Shown here: piece after piece, positions 26,214 through 36,462 of the stretch
How positions within the stretch are numbered: the first letter of the stretch is position 1
Layout of the letters: each line of letters begins with the position of its first letter
Source: Flavobacteriales bacterium
GTDB lineage: Bacteria > Bacteroidota > Bacteroidia > Flavobacteriales_G > NORP312
DNA length: 55,269 bases
Reading direction: 5' to 3'
Assembly: GCA_018669945.1 (NCBI GenBank)
Contig: JABHTA010000026.1
Coordinates: 1 to 55,269 of the forward strand
Translations under genes and position numbers: made by a program
The notes under the pieces: model-generated
The model's database searches: none
Seen by the model: only the letters and a program-made list of their open reading frames with translations
Told to the model about the DNA's origin: nothing

Positions 26214-27801
26214 TAAAACCCCACTATATATGCCTCTTGGGTTAGCTGTTACTTTATGTCTCGGTATTCTCATGGGATTAAGATTAGATACTGGAAATTC
26301 TTCGGATGGATTAGGCAATTTTTCATCAAATAAAGTAAGTAAGCTTAGCGAAATACTAACTTACATTGAGCATGAATACGTTGACTCTATTAACCGTGCA
26401 GAATTAGAAGAAAAAGCTATTCAAACCTTATTACAAGAGTTAGATCCTCATTCGTATTATATTCCTCCGCAAGATTTAGCCTCGGCAAATGAACCTCTTG
26501 AAGGTAATTTTGAAGGTATTGGTGTAGAGTTTAGAATTCAACGTGATACAGTGACCATTATCACTCCAATTGCTGGCGGTCCATCGGCAAAATTGGGAAT
26601 TCTTTCGGGAGATAGGATAGTATCCGTAGAAGGCGAAAACATAGCAGGAAACGGAATTACAAATGCAGGTGTTATTAAATTATTAAGAGGGGAAAAAGGG
26701 ACAACGGTTAACGTCGAAGTAAGCAGGAATGGAAATGAGAAGTTTATTCCATTCGCTATAGAGCGAGATAAAATTCCTATATACAGCGTAGATATTGCTT
26801 ACATGTTAAATGAAGAAATTGGATATGTTAAAATAAGTCGATTTGCTCGAACTACCTATGAAGAATTTAAAAAAGCTACTGACCAATTACTAAATCAAGG
26901 TATGAAAAAACTAGTTATCGACCTCAGAGGGAATGGCGGAGGTTATATGGATGCGGCAGTTGATATTATCGATGAAATGCTTCCTGAAAATAAGTTGATC
27001 GTTTATACGAAGGGTAAGGCAAGAAACAGAAAAGAATATAGATCAACAAACAAAGGGTCCCTGCAAGATCTCGAAATCGGAATTCTACTAGACGAATCAT
27101 CTGCTTCTGCTAGTGAAATTGTTGCTGGGGCAATACAAGACAACGACAGGGGTACCATTTTTGGAAGAAGATCTTTCGGTAAAGGTCTGGTTCAAGAACC
27201 ATCGCAGTGGCCAGATGGTTCTGCTTTAAGGTTAACTATCGCGCGCTACTATACTCCAACAGGGCGCTGTATTCAAAAACCATATAAAGATGGTGTAAAA
27301 CAATACTACAGAGACTATTATGACCGTGTTGAAAAAGGAGAGCTAATGAGTATCGATAGTGTCGATTTTCCTGACTCTTTAAAATATACTACCCCACGAG
27401 GTAAAACTGTTTATGGAGGAGGTGGTATTATGCCAGATGTATTTATCCCCTACGATACAACGGGGCATACTTACCTATACAGTGAGCTAATTTATGGTGG
27501 CGTTTTCCGACAATTTTGTTTCAATTATGCTGACCAGCATCGAGATAAGATTAGCGCCTATAAATCAGCTCCAGAAGCTGTCGACAAGTTTGAAATAACC
27601 CCTGCAATCCTAGCTGAATTCTTTGTCCTTGCCAAATCTAAAGGCATCGAAAAAAACGAGTCCGAATTTGCCTCCTCCAAAGACCTTATTAAAATGAGAT
27701 TGAAAGCTGAGATTCTAAATACAATATGGAATAATGACGCCCTTTATCCTGTTATACACCAACGTGATAAAACCATTTCAAAGGTTTTAGATGTGTTGTA
27801 A
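26206..27801 (+). CDS. S41 family carboxy-terminal processing peptidase
   Basis: PDZ segment (GDRIVSVEGENI), then LRGNGGGYMDAA and SASASEIVAGA with the catalytic Ser. 8-nt overlap with the upstream gene. Confidence 0.9.
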   Translation: MSNKTPLYMPLGLAVTLCLGILMGLRLDTGNSSDGLGNFSSNKVSKLSEILTYIEHEYVDSINRAELEEKAIQTLLQELDPHSYYIPPQDLASANEPLEGNFEGIGVEFRIQRDTVTIITPIAGGPSAKLGILSGDRIVSVEGENIAGNGITNAGVIKLLRGEKGTTVNVEVSRNGNEKFIPFAIERDKIPIYSVDIAYMLNEEIGYVKISRFARTTYEEFKKATDQLLNQGMKKLVIDLRGNGGGYMDAAVDIIDEMLPENKLIVYTKGKARNRKEYRSTNKGSLQDLEIGILLDESSASASEIVAGAIQDNDRGTIFGRRSFGKGLVQEPSQWPDGSALRLTIARYYTPTGRCIQKPYKDGVKQYYRDYYDRVEKGELMSIDSVDFPDSLKYTTPRGKTVYGGGGIMPDVFIPYDTTGHTYLYSELIYGGVFRQFCFNYADQHRDKISAYKSAPEAVDKFEITPAILAEFFVLAKSKGIEKNESEFASSKDLIKMRLKAEILNTIWNNDALYPVIHQRDKTISKVLDVL

Positions 27802-27881
27802 TTGCAACTATCATCGTCCATTAATAATCTCTTGTTCATTTTTCTGATTATCTTTCGCTTTCAAACTGAAATAGAAGCACA

Positions 27882-29561
27882 ATGAATAAATTCAAATCAG
27901 ATTTAGAAATTGCACAAAATGTGCAGATGGCACATATAAAAAATATTGCTGCAAAACTAAATATCAGCGAAGATGATATTGAAATGTATGGCAAGTACAA
28001 AGCAAAACTTCCTCTTAGTCTGATTAATGAAGAAAAACAGAAAAAAAATAAGCTAATTCTCGTTACTGCGCTTACTCCAACACCTGCAGGAGAAGGGAAA
28101 ACTACCGTTTCTATTGGATTAACAGAGGGGTTAAATAAAATAGGTAAACAAGCCACCGTTGTTTTACGTGAACCATCTTTAGGTCCTGTATTTGGAATAA
28201 AAGGGGGAGCTGCAGGTGGCGGACATTCTCAAGTTGTGCCAATGGAAGACATCAACCTTCACTTTACTGGCGATTTCTCAGCAATCGAAAAAGCAAACAA
28301 TTTACTTTCCGCTTTGATCGATAACAATATACAAAGCAAGACTAGAAACCTAAATATTGACCCTAGAACCGTTACTTGGAAACGTGTAATTGACATGAAC
28401 GATCGGTCGCTTCGTCACATGGTTATTGGCCTCGGTGGGACGACAGACGGCATTCCCCGTGAAGGCGGCTTCAACATCACCGCGGCATCTGAAATCATGG
28501 CTATTCTGTGCATGTGCAATAACATGGACGATTTAAAAGAGAAATTAGGTAGCATTTTTATCGGGTTTACGTTCGACAAAAAACCAATCTACGCCAAAGA
28601 TTTAAACGCTCAAGGTGCAATGGCTCTTTTACTAAAAGATGCTATTCAACCTAATTTAGTGCAAACTTTAGAAGGTAATCCAGCAATTATACACGGAGGA
28701 CCATTTGCAAATATTGCCCAGGGCACCAACACAATAATCGCCACTAAAATGGGACTGTCTTTATGCAATTACGTAGTTACTGAAGCTGGGTTTGGTGCTG
28801 ATTTAGGTGCTGAGAAGTTTATGGATATTAAATGCGGGTATGGAGATCTATCGCCAGATGCCTTGGTTATTGTTGCCACAATTAGGGCGCTTCGTCACCA
28901 CGGAGGAGCCAAGAAAGATCAATATGGGAATGCAAGTGTCGATAGGGTTTCGGTAGGTTTTTCCAATTTAGAAAAGCATATCGAAAACATGAAAAAATTC
29001 GGTTTAACACCCGTAGTTGCAATTAATCATAGAGTTGGTGATACAAAAGAAGAAATAATAGTAGTTCAAGAAAAATGTGCAGCACTTGGCGTTAACGCTG
29101 TTGTTTCTATGGGTTGGGCAGATGGCGGAAATGGTGCTCAAGATATTGCACAAGCGGTTGTTAATTCTATCGAATCTGGGGCTAACAACTTCAACCGACT
29201 ATACGATTGGAATGCTCCAGTAGTTGAAAAAATAGAAACCATAGCGCGTGAAATCTATGGCGCAGATGGAGTCGATTTCGCTGCCAAAGCAAAACGAGAT
29301 TTAAAAGGAATCGAAAACTTAGGGTTAGCGCACTTGCCAATCTGTATGGCCAAAACACAAAAGTCATTTTCAGATAATGACAAATTAGTAAATCGCCCAA
29401 CGGGCTTTAAAGTAACTGTTCGCGAGTTCGAAATTGCTTCTGGAGCTGGGTTTTTAATACCAATTCTGGGTAAAATGATGCGAATGCCTGGCTTACCTGC
29501 AGTGCCTGCTTCAGAAGGTATGGATATAGATAGTAATGGTGTTATTAGTGGATTGAGTTAA
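27882..29561 (+). CDS. fhs: formate--tetrahydrofolate ligase
   Basis: PTPAGEGKTT P-loop and full-length similarity to the Fhs pattern (EPSLGPVFGIKGGAAGGG, GGPFANIA). Confidence 0.95.
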   Translation: MNKFKSDLEIAQNVQMAHIKNIAAKLNISEDDIEMYGKYKAKLPLSLINEEKQKKNKLILVTALTPTPAGEGKTTVSIGLTEGLNKIGKQATVVLREPSLGPVFGIKGGAAGGGHSQVVPMEDINLHFTGDFSAIEKANNLLSALIDNNIQSKTRNLNIDPRTVTWKRVIDMNDRSLRHMVIGLGGTTDGIPREGGFNITAASEIMAILCMCNNMDDLKEKLGSIFIGFTFDKKPIYAKDLNAQGAMALLLKDAIQPNLVQTLEGNPAIIHGGPFANIAQGTNTIIATKMGLSLCNYVVTEAGFGADLGAEKFMDIKCGYGDLSPDALVIVATIRALRHHGGAKKDQYGNASVDRVSVGFSNLEKHIENMKKFGLTPVVAINHRVGDTKEEIIVVQEKCAALGVNAVVSMGWADGGNGAQDIAQAVVNSIESGANNFNRLYDWNAPVVEKIETIAREIYGADGVDFAAKAKRDLKGIENLGLAHLPICMAKTQKSFSDNDKLVNRPTGFKVTVREFEIASGAGFLIPILGKMMRMPGLPAVPASEGMDIDSNGVISGLS

Positions 29562-30394
29562 TGCCCCACTTCCAGCAGAAAACAATAACAAAATACTCTT
29601 CACGTTCGGAAGAAGAAAAGACTGACTGCGTTGCCGTTGAGGCGCCACTAGAAATACGTTTAGGTTTCGGTCCAGAAACTGAAAGAGAACAAAAAAGTAT
29701 TTCAGTTACCATGCGCACTCCTGGTAATGACGAAGAGTTAGCTTTGGGGTTTTTAATAACGGAAGGAATAATTGGAACTCCTGACGATTTAATTTCAATT
29801 AAACATTGTGGGGAGGTTAATGAAGAAGAAGAAAACAACATTATTCGAGCCGAATTAAGCTCATCAGTAAAAATAGATTGGTCCAAATTAGATCGTCATT
29901 TTTATACTTCCAGTAGCTGCGGGGTTTGCGGTAAATCATCTATCGAAGCAGTAAAAAGTAATTGTCTTACCCGAGTCTCATCAACAGTAAAAGCATCTGC
30001 CTCAACAATTCTTCAATTGGCAGAACAACTTAACGACTCTCAGAGAGTATTCAACCTAACTGGAGGTATTCACGCCTCAGCCTTATTCAACTCCCAAGGA
30101 AAAATATTGATGATAAAAGAAGATGTTGGGCGACACAACGCCTTAGATAAAATTATTGGTGCTTCCGGCCTAGATAACAACCTTCCGCTACATCAAAATA
30201 TTCTGCTCCTTAGCGGCAGAATTAGCTTTGAATTGGTTCAAAAATCTGCAGTAGCAGGCATCCCGATTATCGCTGCGTTTGGAGCACCTTCAAGCCTAGC
30301 AATTGAACTCGCCGAAGAAATAAATATTAGCCTAGTTGGCTTCTTAAAAAAAGACAAATTCAATGTTTATTCGGGAAAAGATAGAATTCAATGA
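29561..30394 (+). CDS. fdhD: formate dehydrogenase accessory sulfurtransferase FdhD
   Basis: SSCGVCGK and GRHNALDK motifs. The start overlaps the fhs stop (TAATG). Confidence 0.9.
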   Translation: MPHFQQKTITKYSSRSEEEKTDCVAVEAPLEIRLGFGPETEREQKSISVTMRTPGNDEELALGFLITEGIIGTPDDLISIKHCGEVNEEEENNIIRAELSSSVKIDWSKLDRHFYTSSSCGVCGKSSIEAVKSNCLTRVSSTVKASASTILQLAEQLNDSQRVFNLTGGIHASALFNSQGKILMIKEDVGRHNALDKIIGASGLDNNLPLHQNILLLSGRISFELVQKSAVAGIPIIAAFGAPSSLAIELAEEINISLVGFLKKDKFNVYSGKDRIQ

Positions 30395-30879
30395 AACAAC
30401 ATTTTAAAGGCAACTTTAAGTTTATCTCTTAATCAACTTAACCAAGTACCAAGCGGATTTAACAATAATAACATTTGGAATGTCGCCCATGTTCTCGTGA
30501 CGCAACAGTTGCTCATTTGCGGTTTATCAAGCCTTCCTTTTGCAATGGACAACTCGTTAGTCGACAGATTTAGTAGAGGACAACTGGAAATATAACATTA
30601 TCATAAGAGGAAATTACAAAAGTCAAATTTGCATTAATGACTACGATAAATTCCTCTCAACAAGACTATAAAAATGCTGTTTTCAAAACTAATAAAAGCT
30701 AGACAACGAGTTACACTTTTTCTATAGAGTCTGTTGAAAACGCAATTCGTTCCAATAATATTCATGAAGGTCTGTATTATAGATATTCCAACCATAAAGA
30801 AATCCTTAGCTTAAAAACCATTTTTCTTTCATGTTCACCCTTTTTTCGTAACTTTATTGGCAATTCTATACCTTAAGAA

Positions 30880-32517
30880 ATGTCAAATAATTTAAGTGAG
30901 CTCTCTGGGAAAAAAGGATTGTCAAAAAATCTTTTTGAAAAACTAGCTAATGCGTCAATAGCAGAAGGCTCTCCAAGTAAAAAAGATCTAGCCAAACTTG
31001 CCGATGAATTTCTAATTGGCAAAGCTAATACATATGGAACAGTTTCTTTTTACGATTTTATGAAGCCCGAAAATAAAGGTAAAAAGGCTTATGTGTGTAA
31101 TGGTACCGCATGTCTTTGTGCAGGACAACAAGCTGCCGTCCAAAGTGCTCTTGAAAAGCATTACAGCAATGACGAAATTGGTCATATGACCTGCTTAGGT
31201 CGTTGTCATGAAAATGCAGCGTTCCATCTAGATGGAATAAATTATTCGGGCGCAGACATTAATAATCTTGCTAATCTTAAAAGTCAACGTTCCAATCAAT
31301 TTAATGTTGGGGCCACAACTGAAATACTCACAACAGATTATTCTGGATTCAACGAATATTATTCATTGCTTAAAACTTCTCTAAAAAAAGAATCTTCAAA
31401 ATTACTTGACGAGATTAAAAAATCAAATATTCGTGGCCGCGGTGGTGCTGGGTTTCCGATGGGTTTTAAATGGGAGGCTTGCAGAAATGAAAAAAATGAC
31501 ACAAAATTTATAATCTGTAATGCCGACGAAGGTGACCCTGGTGCATATTCTGATGGTTACCTGCTAGAACAACGACCTCACTCGGTACTCTTCGGAATGA
31601 TGATCGCGGGGTATATTACAGGGGCTGAATGGGGGGTTTTATACATACGGGCTGAATATCCAGAATCGGTTACTGTTATTCAAAAGGCAATTGACGAGCT
31701 GAGAGACAATAATTTGTTGGGAAAAAACATTAATGGGTCTGGGTTTAGTTACGATTTCAAAATAATTAAGGCACAGGGAGCATATATCTGTGGCGAAGAA
31801 ACGGCGCTAATTAATTCTATTGAAGGTCAGCGGCCAGAAGTTAGAACTCGGCCGCCATATCCAACACAACAAGGTCTATTTAATAAACCAACTATTGTAA
31901 ACAATGTTGAAACCTTGGCTGCGGTTCATGCTATATTAAAAGAAGGTGGCGAAGCATACAAAAAGCTAGGAACAGAAAAGTCGAGTGGAACCAAATTGGT
32001 GTGTTTAGATAGCTTTTTTAATAATCCAGGCATATATGAGGTTGAAATGGGTACACCTTTATCTAAAGTTATTTATGATTTAGGAGGAGGGTTTAAATGT
32101 CCGGTAAAAGCCATGCAAATTGGCGGTCCGCTTGGCGGAATCGTTCCTGTTGCTAAAATTGAAAGTTTATCTATCGATTTTGAAAGTTTTGCTAATGAAG
32201 GATTTTTATTAGGGCATGCCTCTATTGTTTGCATTCCTGAAAACTTTTCGATGATGAAGTTTATTGAACACCTCTTCGACTTTGCGCAGTACGAAAGTTG
32301 CGGTAAATGTTTCCCTTGCCGGCTAGGAACAAAACGGGGACAAGAAATGACAGAAAAAGCATTAAACAGCAACTATAAAATTGATAGAAAACTAATGGAC
32401 GACTTATTAACCACTCTTGAAGATGGTTCTTTATGCGCCCATGGGGGTGGGATTCCATTGCCAATTAAAAATACTTTACAATATTTTGACGCTGAACTAA
32501 AAGAGTATTTTGCCTAA
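30880..32517 (+). CDS. NAD-linked formate dehydrogenase beta subunit (fused NuoE-like 2Fe-2S domain and NuoF-like FMN/NAD/4Fe-4S domain)
   Basis: CNGTAC...CLGRC forms a NuoE-type cluster. GRGGAGFPMGFKW is the NuoF FMN site. CGKCFPCRLG is the 4Fe-4S motif. Confidence 0.85.
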   Translation: MSNNLSELSGKKGLSKNLFEKLANASIAEGSPSKKDLAKLADEFLIGKANTYGTVSFYDFMKPENKGKKAYVCNGTACLCAGQQAAVQSALEKHYSNDEIGHMTCLGRCHENAAFHLDGINYSGADINNLANLKSQRSNQFNVGATTEILTTDYSGFNEYYSLLKTSLKKESSKLLDEIKKSNIRGRGGAGFPMGFKWEACRNEKNDTKFIICNADEGDPGAYSDGYLLEQRPHSVLFGMMIAGYITGAEWGVLYIRAEYPESVTVIQKAIDELRDNNLLGKNINGSGFSYDFKIIKAQGAYICGEETALINSIEGQRPEVRTRPPYPTQQGLFNKPTIVNNVETLAAVHAILKEGGEAYKKLGTEKSSGTKLVCLDSFFNNPGIYEVEMGTPLSKVIYDLGGGFKCPVKAMQIGGPLGGIVPVAKIESLSIDFESFANEGFLLGHASIVCIPENFSMMKFIEHLFDFAQYESCGKCFPCRLGTKRGQEMTEKALNSNYKIDRKLMDDLLTTLEDGSLCAHGGGIPLPIKNTLQYFDAELKEYFA

Positions 32518-33704
32518 TGAGCTGGTTTACACCAAATACTGACTCAACAGAAGGCTACTACGATAAGGCTCGGTATCTGCTCATATGGAGAATATCTCTG
32601 GCTTTTACCTTGGTTTTTTCTGCGCTAGCCGTTATATATCTAATTTTAAACCCAGGAAATTCTCACTCGGTTTTGTTGGGTCTTGCTTTGGGTCTTGGCG
32701 GTCTTGTTTATTTAAAATTTACAACTAAGTATGTGCCCTTATTTTGGGTGTATTCTATCTCTGGAACTTTAATCATTCATTTTTCAATCAACTTCATAAT
32801 GGAATATACGCACTATGTTGATTTTTTATGGATGATTGCTGTAATTTTGATTGCATATATAGGGATTGGGAGTCGATATGGCCTAATTTTTATAATAATA
32901 AACGGATTAGGTATTGGAGTCTTTTATTTTGTTAGTCTTAATACTCATATTAAAATTCTTCAAGATAAGTCGAACATTAATTTAACAGGAGATTATATCG
33001 AAGTTTCTTTGGTTTTGTTCCTTATTGCCTACCTGCTTCATCAACACTTTCTGTTTAGTGATTATACAAGAGCGAAACTTACTCTTTCTAACGAAAATCT
33101 AGAAGCAAAAAATCAGGAAAACGTGGTCTTATTAAAAGAAGTTCACCATCGAGTAAAAAATAATTTACAAATAATTACAAGTTTACTTCGATTACAAAAA
33201 GCGGAGCTTAAGCCAGAATCAGAGGTGAAATTTGATGAGGCTATCGGACGAATAATGACCATGTCCTTAATTCACCAAAAGCTATATCAAGAAGCAGAAC
33301 TCTCAAAATTGGTGGTGAAAGAATATGTACTAGACCTGGTAGAAGAAATAAAAAATGCCTATCAAACCGCTGCGGAGGTCACGATAGAAGTTCATTCTTC
33401 CATTGAATCAATAGGCATGAAAACTGTAGTTCCTTTTGGTTTGATGATAAATGAATTGGCTTCAAATTCATTTAAACATGCTTTTAAATCGGGAAGCGAA
33501 GGAAAAATAGTCATACACGTTAGGGCTATTGAGAAAAATAAAATTGCATTAAAATATTATGACAACGGAATCTGGAGAACACCCGATATAAGCTGTTCTA
33601 AATTCGGAACTGAATTAATAGAAACGCTAATTGAACAACTAGACGGAACATATAAGAGAACCGACTCAACCTACGAATTTCAATTCACTAATATTGACAC
33701 ATAA
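32517..33704 (+). CDS. membrane sensor histidine kinase, HisKA_2 type, no receiver domain
   Basis: The N-terminal ~190 aa is hydrophobic, with about 6 TM helices. H-box EVHHRVKNNLQIITSLLRLQ, N-box NELASNSFKHAF, and a DNG. The start overlaps the upstream stop (TAATG). Confidence 0.8.
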   Translation: MSWFTPNTDSTEGYYDKARYLLIWRISLAFTLVFSALAVIYLILNPGNSHSVLLGLALGLGGLVYLKFTTKYVPLFWVYSISGTLIIHFSINFIMEYTHYVDFLWMIAVILIAYIGIGSRYGLIFIIINGLGIGVFYFVSLNTHIKILQDKSNINLTGDYIEVSLVLFLIAYLLHQHFLFSDYTRAKLTLSNENLEAKNQENVVLLKEVHHRVKNNLQIITSLLRLQKAELKPESEVKFDEAIGRIMTMSLIHQKLYQEAELSKLVVKEYVLDLVEEIKNAYQTAAEVTIEVHSSIESIGMKTVVPFGLMINELASNSFKHAFKSGSEGKIVIHVRAIEKNKIALKYYDNGIWRTPDISCSKFGTELIETLIEQLDGTYKRTDSTYEFQFTNIDT

Positions 33705-33715
33705 CCTTACCGATT

Positions 33716-36451
33716 ATGAGCAATCTAGCGTATATAAATAATCATCCACACATATTTTTCAATGGCGAAACTATCTTGAACTTTGTAAAGCGTGTGGTTA
33801 GCGAAGATATTATTCCAACGCTGTGTGATGCTCCTAATATAGATGCATTTGGCTCGTGTCGTGTCTGCAGTGTTGATGTTGCGCTAGAAAAAGATGGTGC
33901 AACTAAAACAATGGCTTCTTGTCATACTCCTGTTATGACAAATAGCTATATATATCCTGACACTGAGAGTGTTCAAGAGTTGCGTAAAAACATTATTGAA
34001 TTAGTTTTAACTGATCATCCTTTAGATTGTTTAACCTGTGAAGTAAATGGAAATTGTGAATTACAAGATGTTGCAGCCAGTGTAGGGATAACCCAGGTTC
34101 GTTACCCAGATGGCGCGAATCACTTGAACAAAGATAAAGACACTTCTCATCCTTATATGCGCTCGGAACTGTCAAAATGCATCAACTGTTATCGTTGTGT
34201 AAGGGCGTGCGATGAAGTTCAAGGTGAATTCGTGTTGAGCATGGCGGGTCGTGGCTTCGATGCGCACATCGTTAAAGGTAATAACGACTCGTTTATGGAT
34301 TCTGATTGCGTAAGTTGTGGCGCTTGTTCTCAAGCATGTCCTACTAATGCCATATCTGATGTTTTCCAATCCAAATCAATTCAAGCAACAGACAAAACTA
34401 GAACAATCTGTACTTATTGTGGTGTAGGGTGCAACTTAGAAGTAGCGACTAAAAACGGAAAAATATTATCAATACAGGCCCCATATGATGCGAAATCCAA
34501 CGAAGGTCATACCTGCTTAAAGGGTCGTTATGCCTTTAAATTTTATGACCACGAGGAAAGGCTAACTTCACCAATGGTTCGCAAAAATGGTGAATTAGTA
34601 GCGGTAAGTTGGGATGAAGCGTATGATTTTATGGTTGATAAATTCACTAAACTCAAATCAAAGTTTGGACCAGATTCAATTGCTGGTATTTCTTCTGCAA
34701 GAACACCAAATGAAGAAAATTACTTGATGCAAAAATTCATAAGAGCGGTAATCGGAACTAATAACATTGATTGCTGCGCAAGAGTTTGTCATTCGCCAAC
34801 TGCATTGGGAATGCAGCGTGCATTTGGCACCGGTGCAGCAACGAACTCTGTTGATGATTTAAACCACACCGATTGTATTATTGTTATTGGCGCAAACCCA
34901 ACTGATGCGCACCCAGTAACGGGAGCGAGAATTAAACAGCGAATGATGCAAAGCTCAGTAACGAGTATTATTGTTGATCCTCGCAGAATTGAGTTAGCAA
35001 GATATGCGACTTATCACCTTCAATTACGGCCTGGCACCAATGTAGCTCTCCTCAATATGATGATGTATTACATCATTACTGAAAATGTATTAGACCAATC
35101 TTTTATTGAGGCCCGAACAGAGGGGTTTGAAGATTTTAAAGCTAATATCCTGAAATTAGACATGGATGAGCTCTCCGACATCACTGGAGTTGAAAAAGAT
35201 TTGGTGAAAAAGGCTGCCGTAACTTATGCAACAGCCAAAGCCGCAATGGAATTTCACGGATTAGGTGTTACCGAACATACCCAAGGAACTTATACAGTTC
35301 AACTTATTGCTGATCTTGCTATGATTACAGGTAACATCGGCAAGAAAGGTTCTGGTGTTAACCCACTTAGAGGGCAAAATAATGTACAAGGAGCTGCCGA
35401 TATGGGAGCGCAACCGCATCAAGGGGCTGGATACCTAGACATAACTGATCCAGAAATGAATCAACGATATAACTCATTCTACGGAACTGATGTGCCTAGC
35501 CATATAGGATATAAAATTCCGGAAATGTTCAATGAAGCAATCAGCGGAAATTTAAAAGCACTTTGGGTTGTCGGTGAAGATGTTGTTCAAACAGATCCCA
35601 ACACTCAAAAAGTGATTAAAGCATTATCTAACCTTGATATGTTGGTTGTTTCTGAATTATTTATGACTGAAACTGCAAAACTTGCAACTGTACTTCTGCC
35701 TTCATCATCATTCCTCGAAAAAGAAGGAACATTTACAAATGGCGAAAGAAGAATTCAAAAAGTACAAAAGGTAGTTGAGCCATTAGCGGGAACAAAACCT
35801 GATGGACAACAAGTAATTGACATAATGAACCGAATGGGGTATTCCCAGCCCGATTATACCGCCAAAGGAATGCTAGAAGAAATCTCTCAAATTGTACCCT
35901 TCTTTGCTGGTGTAAAATGGGATGAGTTAGGTGACAATGGTAAACAATGGCCTGTATTACCAGATGGATCTGACACGCAAATGTTACACATCAATGAATT
36001 CAAGAAAGGTAAAGGATCTTTCTCTTATTTCGACTGGAAAGAATCTCGTGAAATAGAAAAGCACGGAAAAGACTATCCATATATCATCACAACAAACCGG
36101 GAGTTAGAGCACTATAATTGTGGGGCAATGACTCGCAGAACTGGTAATGTGGAAATACTTAAGGCAGATGTGTTACTCATCCATCCCGAAGATGCTTCGA
36201 AAGAACTGATAGCCGATGGCGATTTCGTTTGTGTTGAATCACCGAGAGGAAAAGTAGATATAAAAGCCAAAGTAACAGACGAAGTTAAGCCCGGTATTCT
36301 AAGTTCTACATTTCATTTCCCAGAAATAATGTTAAATAACATAACTTCTGACGAACATTGTTCAGAAGCCATGTGTCCAGAATATAAAGTGGTTAGCTGC
36401 AGAATTAGAAAAAGTAAAGGTAAATTCAAGCAGCTCGTGGAAGCAGAGTAA
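33716..36451 (+). CDS. formate dehydrogenase alpha subunit (molybdopterin, Cys-type, NuoG-like N-terminus)
   Basis: N-terminal 2Fe-2S and 4Fe-4S Cys clusters (CRVC, CxxCxxCxxxCP). MopB domain with active site ARVCHSPT, whose TGT Cys codon is at 34787..34789. C-terminal molybdopterin dinucleotide-binding domain. Confidence 0.9.
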   Translation: MSNLAYINNHPHIFFNGETILNFVKRVVSEDIIPTLCDAPNIDAFGSCRVCSVDVALEKDGATKTMASCHTPVMTNSYIYPDTESVQELRKNIIELVLTDHPLDCLTCEVNGNCELQDVAASVGITQVRYPDGANHLNKDKDTSHPYMRSELSKCINCYRCVRACDEVQGEFVLSMAGRGFDAHIVKGNNDSFMDSDCVSCGACSQACPTNAISDVFQSKSIQATDKTRTICTYCGVGCNLEVATKNGKILSIQAPYDAKSNEGHTCLKGRYAFKFYDHEERLTSPMVRKNGELVAVSWDEAYDFMVDKFTKLKSKFGPDSIAGISSARTPNEENYLMQKFIRAVIGTNNIDCCARVCHSPTALGMQRAFGTGAATNSVDDLNHTDCIIVIGANPTDAHPVTGARIKQRMMQSSVTSIIVDPRRIELARYATYHLQLRPGTNVALLNMMMYYIITENVLDQSFIEARTEGFEDFKANILKLDMDELSDITGVEKDLVKKAAVTYATAKAAMEFHGLGVTEHTQGTYTVQLIADLAMITGNIGKKGSGVNPLRGQNNVQGAADMGAQPHQGAGYLDITDPEMNQRYNSFYGTDVPSHIGYKIPEMFNEAISGNLKALWVVGEDVVQTDPNTQKVIKALSNLDMLVVSELFMTETAKLATVLLPSSSFLEKEGTFTNGERRIQKVQKVVEPLAGTKPDGQQVIDIMNRMGYSQPDYTAKGMLEEISQIVPFFAGVKWDELGDNGKQWPVLPDGSDTQMLHINEFKKGKGSFSYFDWKESREIEKHGKDYPYIITTNRELEHYNCGAMTRRTGNVEILKADVLLIHPEDASKELIADGDFVCVESPRGKVDIKAKVTDEVKPGILSSTFHFPEIMLNNITSDEHCSEAMCPEYKVVSCRIRKSKGKFKQLVEAE

Positions 36452-36462
36452 TAATTAACAAT

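Noticed and set aside
27848-29886. Antisense ORFs 27848..28156, 29191..29400 and 29545..29886 over fhs and fdhD
   Set aside because: Shadow frames of two strongly supported genes.
30395-30879. Moco riboswitch upstream of the FDH genes
   Set aside because: I could not find the conserved CCUCCGAG-type core or the expected paired architecture by eye. The region is kept as an unexplained spacer only, and a covariance-model scan would be decisive.
34787-34789. Possible selenocysteine (TGA) recoding at the formate dehydrogenase active site
   Set aside because: The active-site codon in ARV-C-HSPT is TGT (Cys) and the ORF has no in-frame TGA. This is a Cys-type enzyme, so no SECIS element is needed.
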